Below, piece by piece: positions 9,495 through 18,863 of a stretch of 64,000 bases of DNA. This DNA comes from a virus, in IMG/VR virus record IMGVR_UViG_3300042691_030776; one strand, written 5' to 3'. The notes under the pieces were generated by a model. That model did not search any database and had not been told where the DNA came from. It worked only from the letters and a program-made list of their open reading frames with translations. The number at the start of each line of letters is the position of its first letter. Positions within the stretch are counted from its first letter, which is position 1. The position numbers were made by a program, and so were the translations under genes.

Positions 9495-10180
9495 TGATCG
9501 ATCCTTTGCTGACAGTATTCTGTATAAATCCTTTCTCTGTGCCACTCATCGCCTTGTGGTGTGTCTGCAAACTCGTGGAAGCAAGGAGTTCCCAGCGTGT
9601 AGTGCAACAGTTTGGCATTGGGATTCGCTCCATATTCATCGGGCAACCAGTTCCACTCAGGAGGAAGTTCACCTATACGGTCATCGTCTAACCACGAGAA
9701 GCGGTGGAGGAAACTGCCGGTTGACTGCTGGACAAACTCAGGGGTAAGGCGCCGGTTAGGAAAGCTACTACAGTTCCACAGAATAACACTACTCCAATTT
9801 TTTCTAGGATAGTCTTCATTTTTCGCTCCAAGATATTTAATGGGCATTCGAGTTTTGTAATCGTGTTTGACTACCATGGCATCTTTGTTCATTTCTCTAA
9901 GAGCCCATAGCTTGGTAATGTCATCACGTACAATCATATCACCATCAATAAAAATTGCCCACCCTTGATAGTGCATGAGGTATGGTACAAGAAATCTTGT
10001 ATAGATAAAATGATTACTGCCATCAGTGTGTGTTTCGTCGTAATCTTTGAACAGATTCAACGCCACTGGGTGTATGGCCACAGGGCCGGTGGCATGTCTG
10101 ATGATAGAGTTTACACAGGTATGAAAAGCTATGGCTTCTCTTGGGTCGTACCCTACAAATACTGGAATGATTTCTTTCAT
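9491..10180 (-). CDS. glycosyltransferase (GT-A, GT8-like)
   Basis: VFVGYDPRE, FIYTRFLVP, FIDGDM (DxD), YPRKNWSSV, LHYTLGTP. Confidence 0.85.
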   Translation of the reverse strand: MKEIIPVFVGYDPREAIAFHTCVNSIIRHATGPVAIHPVALNLFKDYDETHTDGSNHFIYTRFLVPYLMHYQGWAIFIDGDMIVRDDITKLWALREMNKDAMVVKHDYKTRMPIKYLGAKNEDYPRKNWSSVILWNCSSFPNRRLTPEFVQQSTGSFLHRFSWLDDDRIGELPPEWNWLPDEYGANPNAKLLHYTLGTPCFHEFADTPQGDEWHRERIYTEYCQQRIDQ

Positions 10181-10941
10181 TGTCGTTCTATGTCAACTTC
10201 TTCACAACGATCGCCGTACTGTATCTCTATGATTTTCAATGGCTCTGTGCCTTCGTTGGCCAGTTGGTGCCACTCTCGACGATTGATTACTAGCATCTGA
10301 TGCTGTGTGTATCGACCATGTAACTCTGCATCTGACGATCTATTTATAGTGTACAGCGTGGCTTCACCTTCGCTGACAAACCAAACTTCGCCACGATCCT
10401 CATGACGTTGCATGCTCAGTGATTTTCCAGGCTCAACTGTGAGTTCTTTGAGCTTGACTCGTTGATTAGGTTCATGCAACACACGATAGTAGCCCCAATC
10501 ACGTGTGGTTTTGGGTGCTCTCCATTCTTCTAGTATCCAAGAGCTTGAGTTGTTTTTATCAAACCCACCGACTCCAAACATAAACCGGAGATTGTCATCT
10601 TTGACATCCATTTCTGGAATGTTAGAGTCAGTGCGGTCGCCGCCGTTGGCAAAAATGATTTCATCTCTGGGATACATGGCTCGGACATTTCGTATGGCTT
10701 CTCTACTGGAACCATCACTGTCGTCGTAGAGCACACAGTGATCCACCATGCGTAGGCTCTGGATGATGTCAACACGCTCTCTCAACGGCAAGAACGGACG
10801 TCCTTTTTTACGTGTGAGCCAAGCATCAGAGTTCACCCCAACAACCAGGATATCGCCTAGTTGTTTGGCAGCCTGGAAATAAGCAAGGTGACCTGAATGC
10901 AAAGGATCAAAGCCACCAGTTACAAGTACGATTTTTTTCAT
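10177..10941 (-). CDS. cytidylyltransferase-family nucleotidyltransferase fused to a mannose-6-phosphate isomerase-type cupin
   Basis: N-terminal TGGFDPLHSGH (HxGH), GVNSD, FANGGDR; C-terminal WGYYRVL, SLSMQRH, WHQLAN, IIEIQYG; start placed at 10941 (MKKIVL). Confidence 0.88.
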   Translation of the reverse strand: MKKIVLVTGGFDPLHSGHLAYFQAAKQLGDILVVGVNSDAWLTRKKGRPFLPLRERVDIIQSLRMVDHCVLYDDSDGSSREAIRNVRAMYPRDEIIFANGGDRTDSNIPEMDVKDDNLRFMFGVGGFDKNNSSSWILEEWRAPKTTRDWGYYRVLHEPNQRVKLKELTVEPGKSLSMQRHEDRGEVWFVSEGEATLYTINRSSDAELHGRYTQHQMLVINRREWHQLANEGTEPLKIIEIQYGDRCEEVDIERQ

Positions 10942-10968
10942 ATAGTATTTATATACCACTATATTGGA

Positions 10969-11709
10969 CTATAAAATCATCTTTGTTTGCATAAGGAAGT
11001 CAAATAATTTTTTGTGACCTTTTTGATTTGCATGTTTGCCGTCGGGAAAAAAATATTCAGGATTTGCATCCCATATTTGTTGTCGAGTGAGCGTGTTGTC
11101 AATCAATGATTCTATAAATGAAATCATAGTCGGATCATCTGTGCGATTTTTAAGGAAATCTGCGGCTTTAGAGCTTATAGAAAAATTTTCTTTGTTGACC
11201 CTGTGATCATCGTTGACACATAAGTTTGTAAAACTCTGACACACTACTTCAACTCCAGGGTACTCTTGTTTGAACTGATCTAACCAGATAGTATCTTCTA
11301 CTCCACCAATCAACTTTATTGATACTGAATATTTTTTTGAAATTTCGCTCAGCCCATAATAAAATCTACTGAGATATCGCAAATGTATATCTTCGTTCAA
11401 AGGATCTAAGAAGTTTGTATCAAAATCTATACAGTAAGTCGCTGGAGAAAAATCTCGATACCATTCAGTCTGGAAGACAAAAATAGTTTGTACTGTTTCT
11501 ACTAGATGTAAATGTGTTCCAGATATAAAAAATCTATGGATAGATCTCAATATATCTTGATTGCTGAAACCTCCTTGACTCAGATTGATTACTCGTTGTC
11601 CTGAATCTCTGATGTACCATGCAAGACCGCCGTGCAAGATTTCATCTGGACCAGAGTATCTTTGTGGCCATTCGCCGCATCCCCAACTATCCCCGGATAT
11701 TATTACCAT
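10969..11709 (-). CDS. SGNH/GDSL hydrolase-like protein
   Basis: GDSW block I, GGFSN, C-terminal DGKHAN (DxxH). Confidence 0.65.
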   Translation of the reverse strand: MVIISGDSWGCGEWPQRYSGPDEILHGGLAWYIRDSGQRVINLSQGGFSNQDILRSIHRFFISGTHLHLVETVQTIFVFQTEWYRDFSPATYCIDFDTNFLDPLNEDIHLRYLSRFYYGLSEISKKYSVSIKLIGGVEDTIWLDQFKQEYPGVEVVCQSFTNLCVNDDHRVNKENFSISSKAADFLKNRTDDPTMISFIESLIDNTLTRQQIWDANPEYFFPDGKHANQKGHKKLFDFLMQTKMIL

Positions 11710-11721
11710 GCTTTTTTGTGA

Positions 11722-12480
11722 TTATTGATGCCCCATCCAGCTCAAACTCTTATCAATCCAAGACAGAACTAGGTCATGCTGACGTAGATAACCATACTTG
11801 TTGATGGATTCTTCGGCGGATGCGGGCAGTAGACCTTTTTCTGCCAGACTGTACCAGGTGCTAGTTTTAGGATCGCTGGGTGTTTGATTGCTGTTATAAA
11901 CTATGGCATGTAACCAAGGATCAGTAGGATTCTTTAAGAAAAATCCCGAACGACAATCCCATCCTGAGACAGCTAACATATGTATCAAACTGACCATGGT
12001 ATGATTGTAGTAACAACCCGATGGTTGATCAAAGGACTGTCGTGAAAACTCTATGTTAGTAGTTTGCGGTACTACCAGTACCAACATACCATCTTTGGCA
12101 CATAGTCTGCGCCAGTTTGCCAGGCACTGTAAAGGATTGATCATGTACTGAAACACATCATGGCACCATAGGATATCTTGGCTGTGTTTGATCTGCTGTA
12201 GTGTTTCCAAATCATTTCTAACATAAGTTATGTTGGCGTCTTTGGCTTCTCTACTGATGTTATCCAATAAGTCTATGCCGGTACATCTAATGTTTAGAGG
12301 AGTAGGTTCGTCGTCTCTAGTGGTTCTAGTGGCCCACCATTGTAGATCCAGAGCTTCGTATCCACAGCCAAGATCCATCACACGACCAACACTTTCCATG
12401 AAGTCGTCGTGTTCGTAGAGATCATTAAGAATTCTCAAACTGTGTGCATGACTTTCTTGTGCGTTTTTAAAATTTGCCAT
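11722..12480 (-). CDS. class I SAM-dependent methyltransferase
   Basis: VMDLGCG, GIDL, DILWCHDVFQY, GMLVLVVP. Confidence 0.8.
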   Translation of the reverse strand: MANFKNAQESHAHSLRILNDLYEHDDFMESVGRVMDLGCGYEALDLQWWATRTTRDDEPTPLNIRCTGIDLLDNISREAKDANITYVRNDLETLQQIKHSQDILWCHDVFQYMINPLQCLANWRRLCAKDGMLVLVVPQTTNIEFSRQSFDQPSGCYYNHTMVSLIHMLAVSGWDCRSGFFLKNPTDPWLHAIVYNSNQTPSDPKTSTWYSLAEKGLLPASAEESINKYGYLRQHDLVLSWIDKSLSWMGHQ

Positions 12481-13537
12481 GTATTAGTCCATTAACGGCT
12501 TGCTTGTGTTTATCTAGAGCAGTGTCATATATATGTTTTATCAACTGAGCATTATGTAACAATCTATTCCAGTGTTGTTTTCGAAATAATGCAAGGTTAT
12601 CTTGTTTACAAATATTAGACACTAACTGCACTACTTGTGTCATGCGAGTCCAAGGATCTTGTGTTTGATCGTAGGCATGCCCATCAAATATGTCATCAAA
12701 TACATCAAACCCTATTTTCCTGACTTCATTGACCAGTCCAGGAACAGCGTACCACACAGGAAACTGATGCCAGGCCAAGGCCTTGAATGTTTTTTCTGTG
12801 ATGAATATACTAGTCCATGTGTTAGGGTCAAGCTGGCTGGAACTTTCTACCACAAGGTTTAACGGTGCTTGATAGAACTTTTCGTGATCGATGCGATGCT
12901 GAAAAACCTCATCGGCCATGGGTCGATCTACGATCATTGGAAACGGTTGCGGATATACTAACTTTTTAACTTCGTCGCTGGCATCAACTCCGTTGGTACC
13001 AAATGTCATGATCATATCATTGACATTGATTTTGGCCAGCAGTCGTTTGGCAAGGTTGCCTCGACCAACGCTGGCTCTACGCATCAAGCATACTAGCTTG
13101 TGGGTCATGGGAATAGATTCCCAGTCTATATGGTAGTGCTCAAGATGCATGTACCAGTTACCATTATAGATCAATCTGTCTGGCAGACTAACAGCCGGGT
13201 AAGGTAAAACAGTGACATCTTCAACTGCGCTGAACACTACTCTTATGTTAGAGGATGGTACTTTTAACTTAAAAACAAGATATTTGTAAAAGTTATAAAA
13301 ATCGTCTGACGAAATACCTTCGGGTTTGAGATCAAACACTAATATATGATTTTTTATATCCTGTCGAGTTATGCCCTTGCGTCGGCAGTCTTGTTCAAAA
13401 ATTACTTGTACCGCAACTTCTCCACCTCTCAGTAAATCAGCTGATATTTCTTTCCAAAGAGCATAATGTATTATATTGCCTTCCTTGGTCACTCTTTCTG
13501 GAGGAGGGTTGATTCCTGGTAATATAGTTTCGCTCAT
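12467..13537 (-). CDS. hypothetical protein, TEKT-motif family (putative glycosyltransferase-like)
   Basis: LVVES...FITEKTFKAL...GFDVFDD...YD; paralog of 23547-24572 and 60028-61089. Confidence 0.55.
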   Translation of the reverse strand: MSETILPGINPPPERVTKEGNIIHYALWKEISADLLRGGEVAVQVIFEQDCRRKGITRQDIKNHILVFDLKPEGISSDDFYNFYKYLVFKLKVPSSNIRVVFSAVEDVTVLPYPAVSLPDRLIYNGNWYMHLEHYHIDWESIPMTHKLVCLMRRASVGRGNLAKRLLAKINVNDMIMTFGTNGVDASDEVKKLVYPQPFPMIVDRPMADEVFQHRIDHEKFYQAPLNLVVESSSQLDPNTWTSIFITEKTFKALAWHQFPVWYAVPGLVNEVRKIGFDVFDDIFDGHAYDQTQDPWTRMTQVVQLVSNICKQDNLALFRKQHWNRLLHNAQLIKHIYDTALDKHKQAVNGLIHGKF

Positions 13538-13986
13538 ACTTGTATGTCTTCCATGCCAGCTGTGCGCAGTCTAACAATATGGCCCATCTGCCACTGTTTG
13601 GTGTCAAGACCTTTCATGATACCTAACCAACGATTGCGTAACAATGCTACTTCATTAATTATGGTTTCAAAATCAATCACTTCGTCTTCTCCATCCACAT
13701 ATTTCTCTGCGTCACGGCTGGTCAGCGCACGAGCATAGCCTTCGAGATATTTTTGGAAGTGACGTCGACGTATCTTTCTCAACTGTATGTTGAGATAGTT
13801 GAGCACTGCTTCAATCTCTTGCAGTTGATTGAAACGATGTTCGGTTATGCCCGGCAATGCTGAAATATTTTTTTCAACCAGGCCGCCAATACGACACTCT
13901 TTTTTAGCTTCGTTGAGCTCGTGTTCATAGTGCTGGATAAAGTCAGGTATGTTGCCAAGATTGGCTGTTACTTTACTATACCACAT
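13534..13986 (-). CDS. uvsY: UvsY-like recombination mediator
   Basis: Helical ~150-aa protein (KYLEGY, AEKYVDGEDE, KQWQMGHIVRLRTAG) downstream of uvsX/gp32. Confidence 0.7.
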   Translation of the reverse strand: MWYSKVTANLGNIPDFIQHYEHELNEAKKECRIGGLVEKNISALPGITEHRFNQLQEIEAVLNYLNIQLRKIRRRHFQKYLEGYARALTSRDAEKYVDGEDEVIDFETIINEVALLRNRWLGIMKGLDTKQWQMGHIVRLRTAGMEDIQV

Positions 13987-15223
13987 GTTCAAACTCCTTG
14001 ATCAACCACGGAAATGTTTTTTTCCAATCGAGTCCGCGGCGTAGATCTATTTCATTGAGAAAGTGCAACAGATTATCAATCTGTTCACTGTTGCGTTGGT
14101 GCGTGTTAAACTCTGTTTTCAATCCAGCCATTAACGACCTGGCATGTTTTTGTTGCCAAGTCTGATCGGGCATTTCACTGAGTACAAGATCCAGCTCCTG
14201 ATCAAAGAATCCAGCACCAAAGATACCTGGATAGAGATGCGGTCTATTATTGCAACTCATAAAGTAGTGACCAATCTCTCGATGTTGCCTTTGTTGATTG
14301 ACAAATCTTACAAGATCAATCATAGATTTCATGCCTAGTGCAGTGATTGTCTGATTGATGTTAAGTGTAATCCAACGCTGTGCTACAAGATACTCAAAGT
14401 TACTTTGCCACTCTTTCATGTCAATACCGTAACGTATGTACTCTTGCTCACTGCCCCAACAGTCAATACTACATGTAAGATCAACTCGTTTGATACGTCG
14501 TTGCTTTAACAGAGACTTGATACGTTCTAAAAACTGTTCAAGTTTGGCTCGAGAAACTTTTAAGTTAGAAACAACATTAAACTCTAACTCAGGATTGCTG
14601 TGTTGTTCAAGAAACAACAAACACGTTTCAAACTGACTTTGAAAGAAAGGTTCGCCGCCTAGCACATGTAGTCTGCGCAGAGTTGAATAGTTATCTTCCA
14701 TCCATTGCCAAAACTTCAACGACAGCACGTCAAACTCAGAGGTTTTGATTGAAGTATTTTTAATCTCCAGTGTGTTGTATTTGAAATCGCTGTGGCGTAG
14801 ATTTTCTTGCTGTATCCGACTGCTGAACTTGTCTTCACAGTAGATACAACTCATGTTGCACACATTGTCTAAATATACCTCAACAATACGAGGAGTGACT
14901 TCGACCGCAGTAGGGTTGATGTCTAACTCTGGTGGAACTAGATTAGGAATCTCAATCTGAAACTGTCTGTCACTTTTACCGCCAGCACGTTCAATGTTGG
15001 CACAGTATTCACAGCCGCCTTGTGGCCATTGGCCGTTGAGCATGAGTTGACGATCATTGAGTTTTTTTTCTGTGTTGTGGAAACGTTCAAAATGTTCAGG
15101 GTCAATCTTTGTCTCGTTTACACGATGACAACTGTTGGTTTCGCCCGTGTAGAGATGTATGGTACTCCAAGTCCATTTAAGCTGACATGCTGTTTCTGTT
15201 TTGATAGGAAAGTATTTGTTCAT
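13976..15223 (-). CDS. radical SAM protein with additional N-terminal Cys cluster
   Basis: CNMSCIYC (CxxxCxxC), LGGEPF, SIDCWG, YIRYG; N-terminal C...CH...GCEYC. Confidence 0.88.
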   Translation of the reverse strand: MNKYFPIKTETACQLKWTWSTIHLYTGETNSCHRVNETKIDPEHFERFHNTEKKLNDRQLMLNGQWPQGGCEYCANIERAGGKSDRQFQIEIPNLVPPELDINPTAVEVTPRIVEVYLDNVCNMSCIYCEDKFSSRIQQENLRHSDFKYNTLEIKNTSIKTSEFDVLSLKFWQWMEDNYSTLRRLHVLGGEPFFQSQFETCLLFLEQHSNPELEFNVVSNLKVSRAKLEQFLERIKSLLKQRRIKRVDLTCSIDCWGSEQEYIRYGIDMKEWQSNFEYLVAQRWITLNINQTITALGMKSMIDLVRFVNQQRQHREIGHYFMSCNNRPHLYPGIFGAGFFDQELDLVLSEMPDQTWQQKHARSLMAGLKTEFNTHQRNSEQIDNLLHFLNEIDLRRGLDWKKTFPWLIKEFEHVV

Positions 15224-16362
15224 TGTTCAAGCCAGCTGGATAACGAAGATGGAAACACAGATAAACTCAACGATCTTCGTTGTGCAAATTCTTTGATATA
15301 TGCTTTAAGATTATACACTTGTTTGTCGGTGGGTTCAACCTCTAATGCACCAGACACAAACTCAGGCAGTAGTGCTAGATCTTTTTTAATCATGCTTTTG
15401 GTTTCTTGATCTAGCACACTGATTGATAGGTAATCTGGATCGGTACAGGGTTGAAAGTTAATAGGTACACTGTCGGCCCAGCGAATAAACTCTAATAAAC
15501 CGGGCAAGGTTAGATTGGTAACAGTGGCGTTGAACTCATAACTTATGCCCTGTTGTTTTAACTGATCAATATTATTGTTGAAACGTTGCCAAGTATTACC
15601 GTATCTTGTAAACTCGTAGGCAGCACCTGTGTTCTCGGCACTGATTACTACTGTGACATTGTCTGATAGTCTTTCAACTTCGCGACCAAACCGTCGTTCG
15701 TCAACTCCGAGACCTGACCAAATCTTTACTTTGACATGTGCCGGTATGGACTCAACCAATCGGTGCAAATCAAGATAGAGAAATGGTTCTCCGCCTGTGA
15801 TCATTACTTCTTTGAGTGTGGGTGATTGGCATAACTCGACCAGTTCTTTGAGCATGAGCTGACGTGTAGCAGATGATGCAATCTCTTTTTGACTTATGAA
15901 CTGTAATACACGATCTTTATCATTGATGACAAATCTATCGTCGGTTCTTTCTACTGGATAGGTAGCTTGAGCAACATCTCTGCTCCAGGCAGTGCTGTAA
16001 AACTTGCAACAGTACACACAGGTCATATTGCAATCAGTGCCCACTATGACATTCACTGTTTCTGGTGATGCCACTGTGTTTGTGTGTGTTTGGGTTTGCC
16101 CGTTGGTTGTCAAACGTCTACTAAACATTCCTTGTGACTCAGGAATCCAACAAGATGCACTGCAAGTTGAAACTGGAACGTTGTCCAGCATCATTTGTCG
16201 TTCTTTCTGTAACTCAGGAGTGTTGAAAATCTGCCCTGGATGTTGTCGAAGCCAGGACAGATCTATACGTTGTGGTGTTGCCGCACAACAACTAAAAGTA
16301 TTAAACTTTTCTAAATCAACTGACAGCCACCAAAACTTTTGATTGCAATAATAGTTTGACAT
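15220..16362 (-). CDS. radical SAM protein with additional N-terminal Cys cluster
   Basis: CNMTCVYC, ITGGEPF, FTRYG; N-terminal YCNQKF...SCC...CSASCW. Confidence 0.88.
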   Translation of the reverse strand: MSNYYCNQKFWWLSVDLEKFNTFSCCAATPQRIDLSWLRQHPGQIFNTPELQKERQMMLDNVPVSTCSASCWIPESQGMFSRRLTTNGQTQTHTNTVASPETVNVIVGTDCNMTCVYCCKFYSTAWSRDVAQATYPVERTDDRFVINDKDRVLQFISQKEIASSATRQLMLKELVELCQSPTLKEVMITGGEPFLYLDLHRLVESIPAHVKVKIWSGLGVDERRFGREVERLSDNVTVVISAENTGAAYEFTRYGNTWQRFNNNIDQLKQQGISYEFNATVTNLTLPGLLEFIRWADSVPINFQPCTDPDYLSISVLDQETKSMIKKDLALLPEFVSGALEVEPTDKQVYNLKAYIKEFAQRRSLSLSVFPSSLSSWLEQ

Positions 16363-16601
16363 CAATAGTCATCGTCGTAGTCATCTTCTTCCTCCTCCTC
16401 AAGTTCTTCTTCTTCCTTGAGGTAGTCAGCTAGAGCACGTTTGATGTCTCCGTCACCTTTGAAAATAGTTTTAATATCTTCGGCATCTACATCGTTGTCG
16501 ATGAGAATACCGACCACTGTTTCTGCGGCTTCACTGCGATCAACTGAGTTGATATATCGTTTTACTTCGGTCCAAATTTCGCTTGCTAGTTCAACTGACA
16601 T
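16362..16601 (-). CDS. small acidic hypothetical protein
   Basis: 79 aa with a poly-E/D tail, directly after uvsX; SD GAGGA. Confidence 0.75.
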   Translation of the reverse strand: MSVELASEIWTEVKRYINSVDRSEAAETVVGILIDNDVDAEDIKTIFKGDGDIKRALADYLKEEEELEEEEEDDYDDDY

Positions 16602-16605
16602 CAGG

Positions 16606-17664
16606 TTATTCCTCCGTATCTGATTCAGCTGTACTTACCTCGGTCTTTTGATTTTTAAAATCAGCCATGACTTTGTCCAGACAACCGTCTTCATTGGATT
16701 CCCAACCTTTGCGGAAGTATTTGATAATCTCTCCTTGGCTGGTCACAAACATAAGCCTGTTACCATCCTTCTTGAGCAGTCCTTTTTTCTCGGCCAAGTC
16801 AGTTAAACCGCTGTAGGGATTCATGCCTGTTTCATAAGGAATCTTGACTTGCACACCTTCAAAGGGTTTGGCATAGCGTGTTTTCATGACCTTGCATGCT
16901 GAACGAATACCCATGACGTCTGTGACCTTGTTGCCATCTTCATCTTCTTTGAGCTTGAGTTTCTTCATGGCTACAACGATAGACGACGCATAGATAAAGC
17001 CCTGACCGCCTGAGATTTTATCATCAGGATCAAACATGTCTTGTGACGCATAGGTATGATTGGTACATACCAGACCCACATTGTAACTACCAAACATGTT
17101 GACACAGTTACGCACCAAAGCTGTGAGTGCTTTGGGTTTACGACCCAAGTCACCTTTCATTTCGCCGGCATCAAACTGATTCACATCAGTGGGTGTGAGT
17201 AACATACCTAGCGAGTCGATCACAAACATGACTTTGGGACGCTCGCCTTCGGCCAAGGCTTTGTAGTCACTCATAAATGTGGAAATAGTTTTGGCAACAT
17301 CGTCAATCATGGCCATGCTCAGCTTGAGCAGTTTGCTTTCGTCTGTGTCCACACCAAGTGCTTTGAGCCAATCTTCGTCCAGTGCGTTTTCACTATCAAT
17401 CAGCACAACAAAGATGCCTTGTTCTTGTGCATTCTTGATAATGTTGCCTGAGCAGATGTACGATTTACCTGCACCTGACTCGCCGGCAAACACAGTGACC
17501 TTGCCCAGTGGAATACCGCGATTAAAATCTCCGCTGATGAGATAGTTTAAAGCATAGTTACCTGTAGAGATCCAATCGGTTGGATCGTTAAAGCCTATCG
17601 AAAGACCGTCGATTGATTTTGTGATTTCCTTACGGAATTTTGATACATCAAATGGTTTACCCAT
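16606..17664 (-). CDS. uvsX: UvsX RecA-like recombinase
   Basis: AGESGAGKS Walker A, IDSENA, FVIDSLG, NHTY, ISGGQG. Confidence 0.95.
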   Translation of the reverse strand: MGKPFDVSKFRKEITKSIDGLSIGFNDPTDWISTGNYALNYLISGDFNRGIPLGKVTVFAGESGAGKSYICSGNIIKNAQEQGIFVVLIDSENALDEDWLKALGVDTDESKLLKLSMAMIDDVAKTISTFMSDYKALAEGERPKVMFVIDSLGMLLTPTDVNQFDAGEMKGDLGRKPKALTALVRNCVNMFGSYNVGLVCTNHTYASQDMFDPDDKISGGQGFIYASSIVVAMKKLKLKEDEDGNKVTDVMGIRSACKVMKTRYAKPFEGVQVKIPYETGMNPYSGLTDLAEKKGLLKKDGNRLMFVTSQGEIIKYFRKGWESNEDGCLDKVMADFKNQKTEVSTAESDTEE

Positions 17665-17687
17665 ATTTCACCTATAGTTTGAGAAGA

Positions 17688-17714
17688 AACACAAGGGCGC
17701 CATGCCCTTGTGTT
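17688..17714 (-). terminator. hairpin terminator between gp32 and uvsX
   Basis: aacacaagggc/gcccttgtgtt inverted repeat followed by TCTTCT on the minus strand. Confidence 0.6.
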
Positions 17715-17729
17715 AAACGCTCGTATATA

Positions 17730-18719
17730 TTACTGCTTGTTTTGTCGAGCGCGGATCATTGCCAGAATGTCTTCGGCTTTTTGGCCCGAAGCGGCTGGCT
17801 TCTGCACCGGTGCTGTGGCGGCAGGTGCATCGTCCTCATCAAACGCACTAGAAGAAACAGGTGCGGCCTTGTCCACCGGTGCGGCTTGTTCTGCTACAGT
17901 TTCAGAGCCTGTGGAAGAACCTTGCGGAGCCGCTACACCAGCAGGGCGGAAGTACGCACCCCAACGGTCGGGATCGTAAGGTTTGCCATCAACCGAAGCC
18001 TCAAACATTTCTTTCATGACTTTGAGTTCAGCCTCTGATGGTTTCTTAGGAAGGAAGTCGGACAGAGTAAACAAACCGTGAGTTTCGATAGCGGCCTGTT
18101 CTACTTCGGTCAATGCGCTTTCCTTACGAGCCCATTTACTGGTACTGTAGTCTGCGTAACCACCCTTGGATGTCTTGGTGATACGGAAGTCCAGACCACG
18201 CATCAAATCAGTTGGCAACTCTTCCAGTTCTGGATCCATGAGTGCTGATTTGATTGTTTGGAAAATCTGAGGACCAATGATGAATCGGCGGATCGGATTT
18301 TCAGGATTCTTGTCATCAGCAAGTGGGTTCTCACGAACGAAACCTTGCATGATGTAACTGCGCTTTTTCCAATACTTACGGCCCATGTCTTCAAGAGCTT
18401 TGTCTTTGAACCATGTGCGTACTTCTGCCAGGATTGGGCAAGCCTCTCCCCACATTTCCACACAAGGAACTTGTACTTGAACCTGCTTGGATTCCATTTC
18501 CCCTTTGATGCCGTTAAACGGTAGTTTGATCATCGCACGTTCAACCCAGAAGAAAGTGTTCTTTGAGTCGCCGTCAGGAAGGAAACGAAGCGTTGCGCTT
18601 TGTCCTTCATCGATATTCCAGTGGGGGTAGATTGCGTTGTCGCCGCCTGATTGTTGATTACCGCCTTTGTTCGACTCTGCGGCTTGTAGTCGAGCGCGGA
18701 TTTCTGCTAATGATGCCAT
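17730..18719 (-). CDS. single-stranded DNA-binding protein (T4 gp32-like)
   Basis: LRFLP, CPIL, YWKKRSY, DFRITKTSKGGYADYSTSKW, low-complexity C-terminus; adjacent to uvsX. Confidence 0.9.
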   Translation of the reverse strand: MASLAEIRARLQAAESNKGGNQQSGGDNAIYPHWNIDEGQSATLRFLPDGDSKNTFFWVERAMIKLPFNGIKGEMESKQVQVQVPCVEMWGEACPILAEVRTWFKDKALEDMGRKYWKKRSYIMQGFVRENPLADDKNPENPIRRFIIGPQIFQTIKSALMDPELEELPTDLMRGLDFRITKTSKGGYADYSTSKWARKESALTEVEQAAIETHGLFTLSDFLPKKPSEAELKVMKEMFEASVDGKPYDPDRWGAYFRPAGVAAPQGSSTGSETVAEQAAPVDKAAPVSSSAFDEDDAPAATAPVQKPAASGQKAEDILAMIRARQNKQ

Positions 18720-18780
18720 AATAGAAATTGTCCTTTCAAGAAATTTATGTGCCTATATATGCCTTGCATACACCCAACTG

Positions 18781-18808
18781 AGTGTAGCATAGATATTTAT
18801 ACTGTCAA
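18781..18808 (-). promoter_or_regulatory. sigma70 promoter with nested TATAAATA late box upstream of the gp32-like gene
   Basis: TTGACA-16-TACACT with extended -10 TG; TATAAATA inside the spacer (18801-18794). Confidence 0.65.
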
Positions 18809-18863
18809 CGTCAAAAGAGTTATTTTCTTTTGTTGTCTGTCCTATATGTTTAAATATCAGCAT

